A stretch of DNA of 64,000 nucleotides, taken from Podarcis erhardii (Eukaryota). The translations under genes were made by a program, and so were the position numbers. This document shows positions 13,717 through 25,729 of this stretch, piece by piece. The stretch lies in the NCBI GenBank assembly GCA_964252035.1, contig OZ176203.1, one strand, 5' to 3'. The first letter of the stretch is position 1, and each line of letters opens with the position of its first letter. The notes beneath the pieces are model-generated. The model was given only the letters and a program-made list of their open reading frames with translations, searched no databases and was not told the DNA's origin.

Positions 13717-16700
13717 TAGTGACCTTAAGAAAAGGTCAATGTGCTACACTGGCCAGCCCTAAAATGCGAAAGATGGGCAGAATAAATAGGTAGGAGGATA
13801 AGGGGAAAGGGATTATTCAATCTGAAATACTCTATAGGATTCCACTAGACTCTTATTTTTAACAATATCCACCGACCTTCTCTCTCTCCCCCCACCTTAC
13901 ATCGTACCTGATGTCTGTTGTACTCCTGGATCCTTTAACATACTATTTTCTAAACTTGACTATTTTAATGGCATTCTCTCAATATGTCATGCTGATACAA
14001 CAATAATTATAGGTAACTGAATGTGAGTCTGTAATATTCCCTGCGCTTTCAAGGGATGTTTGTGGGGGATATTGAAGATACTGAGACAATGTACCTAGTG
14101 TTAGAAAAGACTTAACAGCCAGCTAGTTAAAATGCAAATCTTGACCAGACATTTTCGTTTTAATCTGAAGATTTGCATCTAGAATAGAAAACTAAATCTG
14201 GCATTTATCTGATTGTATGCTGCCAGAGCAGAATTATAACAAATCCATCCCCTTTCAAACATGCTTTCAGTAGTTGTAGGATGTTGAAACATTGCTTGAG
14301 AATAATTGCCTGCCTGTGAGGGTCCCTTACATGTTTTCCAATAAATAAATAGCGTGCTGGGTAAGCTTACATACTGCCAAAAAGAGGGCACAAATTTGCA
14401 TAAATTTGCATGTGTTTATATAATATGCAAACTTAGAAATAGTGGGTGGAATTTGACGTCACACTGTTACAAATGTTTCATCAGCAGAAGCATATCAGCT
14501 CCCCTCTCCTCTTGCTACTGTTCTCCCAACCACCCACCCCAAACCAATTTAGGGAGGCACAGGGGAGGGGAGCAGAGTCCTATTGTGAAGCCTTCGGCTG
14601 ACAGGGTTTGTAAGGTGAATCTGACCCAATGACTGTAATAGAAATAGAAGTGCAATACATCTCTCACTGTCAAGGGCAAGGCTGGCCCAGTTGACCTGTG
14701 TGCCTATTCAATCTGCCATCCAGGAGCTAACTGCTGATGGGCAGCCTCTGCCCTTCCTCCTTATAGTTCTTTCATTTGAAAGTGGACTTGGACCGATCAG
14801 CCCTTCAACCAGAGGATGACTTCAAAGTAAAGCAAAGCAGGACATAATAGCTACCCTAAGTGAGCATCATATTTGGGACTGACCTATGGTACTTAAAAAA
14901 CAACAATACCACACACATACACAGTGTAAGTATGTATATGGCCATGCCACAAAACTAGTAAGGCTCTCTCAGCCTTTAAAAATTTTCCTCTTTTCATTTC
15001 GCCACTATACACTTCATAAGAGTGTAGGCACTTGGTGTTTTTGAAGGTTAACTCTACTGTATCTAGAGCACTGTGGATTGCATTAAATGCAAAATACTGT
15101 ACTCCACTGACAAGTCTAAGATAGATACTTAGTCCTTGTAAGATCGATCACAAACGGAAACTGAGAGCTAAGTGGCAAATCAAGGAGTACTTCTTAAGAA
15201 CAGGCCTGCCTTTCAGAGACAAGAATCAGTAGCTTTTTACTGACAAGCTTCTCCTATCTCTTATTCATATTTAATATCTCTTGATCATCAAAGGCAAGTT
15301 TTTAGAGGCAGAGGAGGAGGAATAGAAATTACGGCTGGGTTCGGAAGGAGTTCAATATACCAGTGAAGCTACTATAAACTACTTCCCTTGTTGCTAATCT
15401 GATTTTCTTTTTGAAGCTGAAATTTTATCCTGTAAAGGAGTAGGGAAACTGGTTTGATTTTCAGCTTAGAACAGATAAAGGAAGATAGCAAATTATAGAG
15501 ATCGGTGCCTGAAACTAAAATTTACAATACCATAAACTATTAAATTAAAGAAGCATTAAATTGGTTAAACATCAGTGAGCAAAATCAACATACATCCCCT
15601 GCCCACTTCACTTTTAAAATCGCATAGTCATAAATGGACAGTATAAACCGACACTGACACAGGATTCAAGCTTTATGAAAACAAACATTTACCAAGTCAA
15701 TCAGTTTTTATAAGTCCCCTCCTAGTTCATCAGTTCATTTAAAACAGCAGTGAAGAAGCTGCAGACCACAGACATAATTTGGTCCTCAAGACATCCCAGT
15801 TTGTCTCACTAGGTTATTTGACCAAACCATGTCCATCTGCCCTAGGCCTGACATCATATATGACATATGGAATGTTCAGGGAGCTCCGCAGATCTCTAAT
15901 TTAAACTTCTTCCTGCCATTGGCCCAATTTACATATCACATTAAAAATAAACTATTCATATATGATGCCAGGTGCGGGTCAGATAAAGATATATCTGGCC
16001 TAAAGGGGCTTTGCCAGGATCACTGATCAGCTGAGTGACAGCATCTTCAAAGCCATGTGCAATTCCCTGTACACAGTGCTTTGTAAGTATGGATAGTCAA
16101 CTGATTGTTTTGGTAAAGTGGCTCACCTGATATCATTGTGATGTCAGGTGACTGACAATGCTACCCACCTGTCAAAACTTGACCCACAGGAGTTCAGGGG
16201 AATAAGTATGTGGCTCATCAGCCAGATTCAATTCCCAACTTAAAATTAGATGTATAGAGGTAGCCATAAGAACTCATCATTCTTTGGGTATAGCTTTGCT
16301 GAAGAAAACCTAATACCAGTTCAGTTTGGCTAAACACTGATAATCTGATCTATGCTAGAGATGCTAATTCAAAATTAATTCAGTTTCACAATCATAGATC
16401 TTTGTATCAAATCTAAATTCCCTAGACAGCAACCCCCCCCCCCGGCAAAAAGAACATATTTTTGGGACCGAGCAAGGTCTAAAGGGTCAGCAGAATTGGC
16501 TTTCTCAAGATCTATCTTTAAGATGTCCTAAGTATCATAACTGAGCCATACACTCAGTACTGTACAAAGCTGGGCTGAACTACTTTGGGACAGTCTCATC
16601 CCTAGTACTCAAAAGTCTCTTGGTACGTCAAGGTACCTCAAGGCTGGTGCCACTGCCTACCGATTTAGGCTGGTTGGAAACCGTATACAACTGACCCTAA

Positions 16701-19304
16701 TATTTGTGGAGTAATTACAAACACTTTAAAGGGAACACCATGTAACTAGGGGGGTTTCTAATATGAGCCAGGCATGGCACTGAATTGTGAAATTAACCTC
16801 CTTGAAACCTGCTCCTGGCGAAAAATAAAATAAAAAATAAAAAAAATCATTACAGAGAAAATCAAACAAAATAAATGTATTTATTGCTCCCTTCTGTTAC
16901 CAGGAAAGAAGGCATTGGTTCTTAGTTGTTTAAAAATTCTGTCCAAAATCCTAGACTTTTTTTAAAAGGGGAAATTGTTTCTGGCATGTCTTGTCTTTCA
17001 GGGAACAAGGGAGATACCAGGAGACGTAGGAGGAGTGTTTCTTGGTTTCCGTATAGACTGTCTTGAGTATACTCAAGGCAGGATGGGGGGTGAGGGAGAG
17101 GAGAGGGAATTAACTGAACAAACTTGCATCTTATTATAGCAAAAACAATTTACCTAGAAGAGGGGAGGAAATGTGAATAGGGAGTTGGATTGTTGCCCTG
17201 TGATTACAGGAAGGCAGGCATTTGTCTGGGCAGTCGAGGGCAGAAGGCCAGGCTACCTCTCTCATTATTAAAGTACTTAACATTAGCCCACGGGAAAACA
17301 GAAGGGCAGGATTTGGAAAGGTGTCAAATTCAAATTTACCCAGGGGATATGTGAGCAAATGGATGTGTTTAAAACTAGGTTGTTGGGCTTTCCAAGTTGG
17401 AGGCTTTGGTACAGACTTGTAACAATGCATATTGGGTTCACACACAACGCAGATCTTTCATATGTGTGGCTGAGCCTGGGGGTGGTGGAAACCACCTTCC
17501 TGACCATTGGGCCCACTATTGGTCCTGTCCACTCAGTCTGCTGTCTTTGCATGTGGTGGAATCCCTAACTCGCTGAGGCTTTGAGACCTTTTGGCTACTC
17601 TCCCCTGGTTTAATCAGCCAGTCGAAGCCGTTCCTAAGGTGTGGCCACTGTCACATGCTGACAGTTCCCATGAGCCACAGGTGAGAGTTGAGTTCAGAGT
17701 GGGGACCAAAGATGGACAGACTACCTCAGAAGGAGCACAGTGTGTCCCTCACCAGAGGTACTACCCCTCCCCTAACACCCCATACACCCTGTGACTGCAG
17801 ATAAGCTTAAGACAAAATGCTATATACAGCAATAGCCCTCTTGTAAATCACTATCTCTGGCCTTGGATCCACTTACCGTGTGCCTTACTCTCCAGTCTGC
17901 CGTTGGTGGTCAGCTGGATGCTGCAGAGAAGCATCTGGAAGACAAATGTGTGAGCATGGGGGTTTCCTTTTAATCGGTTTTAGCTTGCAGGTGCCAGTAT
18001 ACTTGCTCTCCCAAAATCCATTTAGTATCCCTGGGGTATTTAAGTACATTTTGAAAGCTACTTGGGTGGAAACCTTGTAATGAGAAGCCTGTTTTCTGTC
18101 CCACGATTATTTACTTCCTCCTAGAGATTCTGGATACAGAGAACGCTGCTGCCTCATGAATTCTGCAAAACATGCCCATGTTTTTTTCCTCCCCGGGAGA
18201 GGAAAGCAGTGGTATATCAGGGGCATCTGTTAAACTATTTGCAAAGAAGTATACAACCTCAGTGTTCTTGCAATCATTGGTTTTGAGCACTAGATTAAGA
18301 CAAGGAAAATGAGAGAGAGGTGGTGATAATGTAACTTGTTCTATCTCCTTGTCTTCAGTCTGAAATTAAATGATCCCTTGCCTTTGTATTTCTGAAATGC
18401 AGTACAGAAAAGGACCATGAAAAGATGCTAACAGTGCACTCGTTTTGGAGATCATGGAAGCAATTTATATGAAAAGAAAGCAATTATGCTACGGAGGCTG
18501 CTACCCTTAAACTTTGTACTATGCAGCAGTTCTTGTGAAATAAGTGGGGATTTCTGGGGTGGGGGGAGGCCCTTGAAGCTTTATCCAAAACCCAGAGCAC
18601 TGCAATCTGATACTTGCAATTAGTTCCACCTCCTGAGTCAATATTCAGTGGCCTAAGTGCACCAGCAAAAATGTGCTGCAGTTATTCTACACAATAGCTT
18701 AGTTTAGGTGATAAAACATAGAAACACAAACAATTTATTTTCAGTGTACATTATTATTCAGGAATGTGGGCATTAAGGGAGAAAAAACACCAAGTCAATC
18801 TTAGACATTTACTTCCTAGTCTCAGGATCATAATTGCAGCACTTAACACCAGCTTCAACTTGATAACATAGGCATGAAATGCGAAATACCACACTTGAAA
18901 TGCTTTTTATAAAGACAGAATTGGTCTTGAAGTACTGTTCTACTTTTCTGTATAGCAATTGCATAATTGTAAGTTGACGAAGTGTTTGCCTAGTTATTCC
19001 TTGTTAAAATATTTATGTCCCACCTCTGCCAAGATGGCTAATAACAATCACCTAATAAAAACCATGGTGAAATGTAAAAGAACCTTAAGGGGGTTAAAAC
19101 TGCTCATCAGCAACTGCATTAAAATAAAATACTATTAAAAGCCAGTGGGAGAATAAAGCATATTTTGTCTGTTTTCTGAGCACCATCCATGCGGGTGTTT
19201 GGTTAATATATAAGGGGAGGGAAATTCCAAGGAGAAGATGTCACAGCTGAAAAGGTGATTTCCCCTTTGCAGCCACCATACCTCAATGTTCAAAGGGCAT
19301 TTGG

Positions 19305-19323
19305 TTCCGCCCCCTGGTGGCGT
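19305..19323 (-). promoter_or_regulatory. CTCF-binding motif
   Basis: The reverse strand reads acGCCACCAGGGGGCGgaa, a 14/14 match to the CTCF core GCCACCAGGGGGCG. Confidence 0.65.
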
Positions 19324-21725
19324 TGCGTGTGTGACATCAGGACATTGTGTCGGGGCCCCTCAATCATCTTGAGAAGTTGGTGCCTCTGATGAGGAGCCTG
19401 CCCCCTTCCCCTTTGCGCAAATTCATAACAATACCAACTGTTGCACCTTGCATTTGGTCTGGTAACAAACAGGCAGCCAGTGTGGATCTCTGAACAGAGG
19501 TGTAATATTGTGACAGGGTCTCACTCCTGTCAACAATTGCTCTGCATAATTCTGCACTGACTACAGATTACAGACCAAGCACAAGGACAGACCCACATAG
19601 ATTGGATTGTATTGATGCTTAGTGTAGTCTTTGTTCTTAGGTGTTCTATGGTAAGCTGCTTCCTGGCACCCAGGTGCTCTAGGAACCAAAGGCCGTGTTG
19701 GATTCTGAAATGCCACAAAATGAAGTTCAAAGTAGAGGAGAGGAATCTTCTTTAACCTTGCTTTAAGGTTGGGGACATCCTGTGCTGCAGCCTCTAAGTA
19801 GTGAGACTCTCTACCCACAGAGGTGGACCTGACAGCTTCACTATACAGCTTTCAGCAAATTCTGGAGACAAACCTGTTCACACTGGCCTTTCACACTTGA
19901 GGGGCATATTTTTTAGGACCCACTCTGTTTTTGTGTTCGTAAGCTTGTGTTTTAAATGGTTTTTCATGCTGTATTTAAAATTGTAACCTGCCCTGGGATC
20001 TTAGAGTGAAGGGTGGGTAAAAAAATAAAATGATTTTGATGGTAGTAAAGCATGCAGAATATTGCAAGATGTGGCAGAGAGTTTGCTGCTGTTTATCTCA
20101 ATGAAGCCTAGAGGAAGGAGGCTCTGGAGTGGTCATATTCTATGCTAATATGTTTTGTTGTGCATAGATTTGAGATGTAAAATCAAGGCAACTTCATTTA
20201 CAACCTTCACAATCAACTTGCCTACTGTTGCTTCCTTGCAGAATTTAATTATAATGGTAATGATTTTCAGGAACTACTCTTAATAGTTTTCTCATTATTA
20301 TACATCATTGTAAATCCACACTATTAGCGCTAAGTACAATCAAATACTCTTCATTTAACTACTAGCACATCTTAACGTTGGTTTATGGAATGTTTCAGCT
20401 TTTTGCCTTGCTTGTGCGTAATTGGAAATATAAAATCAACACTGAGCAAGTAAAAGCTGTGTAAACAGCTTGGAGCTTCTGGAGAGTTTAATAGCTTGAA
20501 CTGCCTCCAGTTTTTTTTTTTAAGTCTGTTTTTATTATAAAATGAAAATAGTCAAGGGCAGTTCATAGGGAAAGCACATTAGGAGAATGTATCCTTACTT
20601 AAGTGATTAGTCAAAATATTGTCACAAATAAATGTACTTGTGGGAGAGTTTGTTGCAGGCATTCACATTGCAGTTGATTTGTAGTTCTTAAGAAATTAGT
20701 AGAAGAGAATTTGGGAAGGCACAGGCACAGGAACCAGAGAGAGAGGAGACCTCTGAAGGCACCAAGAACAGCATGTTTGGGCCCAATCACTTTTGAGTCA
20801 TATGAGACATCTTTAGAGAGAATTGACTCTGTCTTCAAAGGCCAGCTAAGACCATTAATGAGATAAGATGCAAGTTTGCTTGAGCTGTCCGTTGCAGAGA
20901 TTGGATGTTACCCCTTAAGAAGAATCTTGCAAATTTAGGCATTTAATGCAGTACTCACATTGCCTTTGAGGCTGTCTCCTGAAGTCAGTGGCAAACTCTT
21001 GCTGAAACGAATAAAGGCATAATCATTTACTGCCTCTCCGGCAGGCATCTGGTCAGAACGTTGCTTATCCAATGTGTGATGCATTTTGTGCCTGGAATTA
21101 GGGTGCATATTTTGAAGCAACTGCATTTGTTTGGGCAGTGTACTGCACAGTCACAAGTCCTAGATCCTCTGGTGCAGCAAATATTGCATGGTGTTCATTG
21201 GACCGACTTGCATACTTATAACTGTTCTGAAATGCCTATGTTAAAACTGTGTATGAGACCCTCTCTTGTAATAAGAAATGTAACTGTTCTGTTTAATGCA
21301 AATAATGCAGTAGTAATTGAGCTTATAACTGATGACCAACATTACTACTACTAAGCATTTAAGGCAATCTATATAATAGCCACTGGATAATCCTCTTGTA
21401 AATGAAGATGATACTTTTAACTAAAAGAACATTCTGCATGCATGCTTATAATACTATACTATGCATACTATAATGTTTGGCTTAAAATTTCCTGTTTGTA
21501 ACTAGCATTTGTTGTCATTCATGTGGCCAATGAACTGTTCTTAGGAAGTTTATAAAACTACTCAGTGTTTTGTGGCAATAAGGTGTCATTAGAAAGTATT
21601 GGCTGAAGGCAGTACAGTGGTACCTCGGGTTAAAGATAGGTAGCCGTGTTGGTCTGCCATGGTCAAAACAAAATAAAAAAAATTCCTTCCAGTAGCACCT
21701 TAAAGACCAACTGAGTTAGTTCTAG

Positions 21726-21763
21726 GTATGAGCTTTCGTGTGCATGCACACTTCTTCAGATAC
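21726..21763 (-). ncRNA. Minimal hammerhead ribozyme (PLE pLTR type)
   Basis: Exact reverse complement of 22349-22386. Confidence 0.8.
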
Positions 21764-22054
21764 ACTGAAACAGAAGTCACCGGACCTTTCTATATAGTGA
21801 GAAGGTGGGGAGGGGTATTACTCAGAAGGGTGGTGGGAATGGGTGATTGGCAGATAGCTGCGATGAGCCTGTTGACGACTCTTAACGACTGCAATAGGTC
21901 TAACAGGAAAAAGCAAGGGGTGAGAAGGTGAAAAATGGCTTTGTCATGTATAATGAGATAAGAATCCAATGTCTTTATTCAAACCAGGTCTCTCCATAGT
22001 TTTAAGTTTGGTGATAAGTTGCAATTCAGCAGCTTCTCTTTCCAGTCTATTTCT

Positions 22055-22168
22055 TTCAGAAATAGACTGGAAAGAGAAGCTGCTGAATTGCAACTTATCA
22101 CCAAACTTAAAACTATGGAGAGACCTGGTTTGAATAAAGACATTGGATTCTTATCTCATTATACATGA
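22055..22168 (+). pseudogene. C-terminal fragment of a Penelope-like ORF (end of GIY-YIG endonuclease domain); mirrored on the - strand
   Basis: FRNRLEREAAELQLITKLKTMERPGLNKDIGFLSHYT* resembles the R..RE..E...I..L.T..P.GLN motif that ends PLE GIY-YIG domains. Confidence 0.8.
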
Positions 22169-22348
22169 CAAAGCCATTTTTCACCTTCTCACCCCTTGCT
22201 TTTTCCTGTTAGACCTATTGCAGTCGTTAAGAGTCGTCAACAGGCTCATCGCAGCTATCTGCCAATCACCCATTCCCACCACCCTTCTGAGTAATACCCC
22301 TCCCCACCTTCTCACTATATAGAAAGGTCCGGTGACTTCTGTTTCAGT

Positions 22349-22386
22349 GTATCTGAAGAAGTGTGCATGCACACGAAAGCTCATAC
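22349..22386 (+). ncRNA. Minimal type-I hammerhead ribozyme (PLE pLTR type); predicted cleavage after C22382
   Basis: GTAT-CTGAAGA-A-GTGTG(CATG)CACAC-GAAA-GC-TC-ATAC: stem I GTAT/ATAC, CUGANGA core, stem II, GAAA, and a palindromic AGCT in place of stem III. Confidence 0.82.
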
Positions 22387-23439
22387 CTAGAACTAACTCA
22401 GTTGGTCTTTAAGGTGCTACTGGAAGGAATTTTTTTTATTTTGTTTTGACCTCGGGTTAAGTACTTAATTCGTTCCAGAGGTCCGTTCTTAACCTGAAAC
22501 TGTTCATAACCTGAAGCACCACTTTAGCTAATGGGGCCTTCTGCTGCTGCTGCGCTGCCGGATCATGATTTCTGTTCTCATCCTGAAGCAAAGTTCTTAA
22601 CCCGAGGTACTATTTCTGGGTTAGTGGAGTCTGTAACCTGAAGTGTATGTAACCACTGTACCACTGTATTTTCTTCTTTACTTTATTCAACAAATGGAGA
22701 CATGGAATAGTGCCAGTAAGGGAAGGGACAGAATGAGGAATGGAAATTTATTTCCCTTTCTTTGCAGCTTTCCTTATAGATCTCCACTGAGCCTCAGAAA
22801 TGACTCTCCAAGGGATCAAGTGCAAATCCCCTCAGTTGGGAATTCACAGGTTGAAAGAGTTTGTGGCAGTGATGCTGATCATCCTCAGATATTTATTAGT
22901 ATTAGACATTTATTGGCTAGATGCAGCATTTAATGGAATACCAATGGCCAATGTACGATATGATTGCCTGCTTTCATTCTCAAGTGCTGTGAGGACAGTT
23001 CATTGGCTCAGATTAGCATGCAGATGCTTACCTACAAGGCCTTAGGAGGGGAATCAGTTGACTGCTCTCTCTGTTTTGTTAATAAATGATCAGCAAAGCT
23101 GTCATCCTGTCCCATCCCCCACACCCCCCAAATAGCTTCTTTAGTCAGGCTGTGAACCACTGATGTAGAAGTGTTGTGCCTGTCTTTACCTTCTTGCAAA
23201 TGGTTACAGTCCATGATATCAGTGACGCAGGGGTCAAACTTGCCCTCGCTTGTGACACTACTGGCAAAAATGTCTGGGTAAGGGACCTGGTTTTTATCTC
23301 TCTGTATCCCCGAGTACAGTAGCTTAATTGTCTTCTACAAAAGTGATTGGCATCTTATTAATATATTAAACATGGAAGTTGAGGAGAAAATGTGAAAGAG
23401 TAGGCTGACAACTTTAAATTACGATACCACATGGGTTTG

Positions 23440-24067
23440 CCAGCAGTACATGTGAAAAAGATCTAGGGTTCTTAGTGGAGGCAAAAAAGGGTGATACAAC
23501 AGCAAAAAAAACAAAAAAAACAAAACCTATTCTCTTGATCTGGAGACTATACTTCTAGAAGTAATAGTACTGCTCTATTCTGGCTTGGTCAGGCCACATT
23601 TGGAGTTTTGACAAATTAGGATGTGTGCAGAGGAGGGTGACCAAGATGATAAAGGGTCTGGAAACCAAGCCTTATGAGCAATGGTTGAGGGAGTTGGGTT
23701 GTTCATCCTGGAAAAGGGGAGACTGAGAGCAGATGTGATAGTCATCTTCAAATATCTAAAGGGCTTCCACATGGAAGATGGAGCAAGCTAGTTTTCTCCT
23801 GCTCTGGAGGTTAGGACCCAAACCAATGGATTCAAATGACAAGAAAGGGGATTCATGCCAAACATTAGGAAGAACTTTATGACAGTAAGAGCTGTTCAAC
23901 AGTGGAACAGACTTCCTTGGGAGTTGGTAGGCTCTCCTTCATTGGAGGTTTTTAAGCAGAGATTGGATGGCTATATATCAGGGATGCTTTATTTGTGATT
24001 CCTGTGTTGCATGGGTTGGTCTACATGACCCTCACGGTCCCTTCCAAGTCTACAATTCCAGGATTCT
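23440..24067 (+). mobile_element. CR1 LINE, 5'-truncated 3' end
   Basis: Typical CR1 sequence (gaggagggtgaccaagatgataaagggtctggaaaccaagcc...cagtggaacagact...ggtcccttccaa...attct), degenerate. Confidence 0.85.
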
Positions 24068-25729
24068 ATTATTTATTCATTCCATACACAAAACATACCA
24101 CTGTTCTTTCCTTGTGACCTTTTCTAGTTTTTTGCCCCTTTTCAGCTGTTCCAGGTTTCATAGCTTGAGCACAACGACGCCATTCAGCAGGGCAGCATAG
24201 AGACTTTAAAAGTGTGTTCTACATTGCCACATTCCTTGCCCAAGTAAACCACCCCTTTTCCAGGCATAATACTATGTATCTGTGCTAATTATTGTTGGGA
24301 CGGGAGACACTCTTGCGTGCTTTCTTGGGGGTAGGGAGTTCAGAGCTTTCCATTCAAGAAAATGATCTTCACCTTTGAGGAATTGAGTCTGCAGCATTAA
24401 ACTATTTTTAACGTGAGCAATTGAGCAGTTTGGTGCTTAGCAGTTTGTGCACTGTGCTTCCCCCACCTTTTGCTGTTTCCTTTAGATAGCATTGTACTGT
24501 GATCTCCTTTGTACAGTGCTGATTGTCATACCCAGTTTTCTCATCTTCTAGGCAGTGTTTACTCATTGTGAAAACTGCTGCTTGAAGGCAAAAGCACTGC
24601 AAAATGTAATCATGAACAAGTACCTTGCGGATCTCTTGGGGGAGGACAAAAGTATTATTGTACGTAGTTTTAATTTTGTGAAGTGTGTTGCGAGCTTGGT
24701 ATATCTTATTTCCCTGTTGCCTTGTAAAAGATTCACCTTGTGTTTAATATTCAGCCAGCTTTTTTATTGGAAGAAAATGGATTGTTGTTCAAACAGCCTA
24801 AATGCCAAGCTAGTTCAAATCTATAAATAAAAGCCCCGCTTTCATGGTACGTGACCTGCCTCTTTCATACTGAAAAGCTAAAATGTATGTGATGTACCTG
24901 TAGAAACATGTAGAGGCCAAATGAGGGAGCAGGTTGAGGGAAAACCAGTGTTTGGCACCACCAAATTGCATTTCCTAGTGTAATTCCAAGCCCTTTTCAG
25001 ATAGCAGCAACAGGCTATACTTTTTTTTTTTTAGATTGATCGACTAGTCACAAAAATATGACTAAAATGCTATATTTCATGAATTGTCATCTTCCGCCTG
25101 CTAAAATAGGATGGTGATGGAAGCAGTAGATTTGTTATTCTTATGAAGGGCCCTGCGAGCTGTAGTCCTGATGATTTGTTGTGAACTGATCACAAAGCCT
25201 AGCTGTAATGTTTGTTGCTGCTTTTACGTATGACCAGTTTTGGCAAAGTGCCTTTATCTGAACTAAGCTGCCCTACTTTGTAACCAAACTTTTGCAGGAT
25301 CAGGCAAAAAAAAATCCCTCCAGTGTAGGTATGAATCCATCTTATAAATCTGGATACTGACTTCATTCTTCATAATATATTAAGCTTTTTTTATCATGTC
25401 CAGATTGGTAAATGAGAAGTGTGTAACAATACTTTTAAACATGTTTGCATTTAATACCTTTTTATCGCAGCTCTCCGTGATAACTACTGGTACTGATAAA
25501 CTTCTTCTCAGGTTGTATTGTAGGAAATGAGCAGTAAGCTATACGGTTTTTACAGTTCATCTTATTTACATTTGTGCACCTTCAGAATGTGGCTCAGTTC
25601 TGCATGATATTAACTTCTGTTTAGTGAAAAATGTTTATTTTGGCACTGTATTCCATGTTACTGCAGGATGTGTCTGTCTTAGTAGTATAGAAACGGTATT
25701 ATTGATTCAAATCGTTTTGTTTATTTAAA

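Larger units (their letters stand above)
21634..22448. mobile_element. Penelope-like (Poseidon-type) retroelement insertion forming a fold-back palindrome
   Basis: Arms 21661-22054 and 22058-22451 (394 bp), loop TTC. TSD acctcgggttaa at 21622-21633 and 22449-22460. Contains a GIY-YIG-type C-terminus and hammerhead motifs. Confidence 0.9.
21615..22666. mobile_element. Tigger-like MITE (same family as 13491) interrupted by a Penelope-like insertion
   Basis: TA + cagtggtacctcgggttaa at 21615. The body resumes at 22449 and ends taccactg + TA (22666-22668). Confidence 0.88.

Noticed and set aside
21728-22384. Two identical 67-aa ORFs on opposite strands (21728-21931 +, 22181-22384 -)
   Set aside because: They are a by-product of the palindrome and antisense to the pLTR, with no evidence of a protein gene.
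21634-22460. Palindromes as assembly or fold-back read artefacts
   Set aside because: Each has a clean TSD, an asymmetric tail and a distinct loop, and the pattern repeats at three loci. Read-level confirmation is still advisable.
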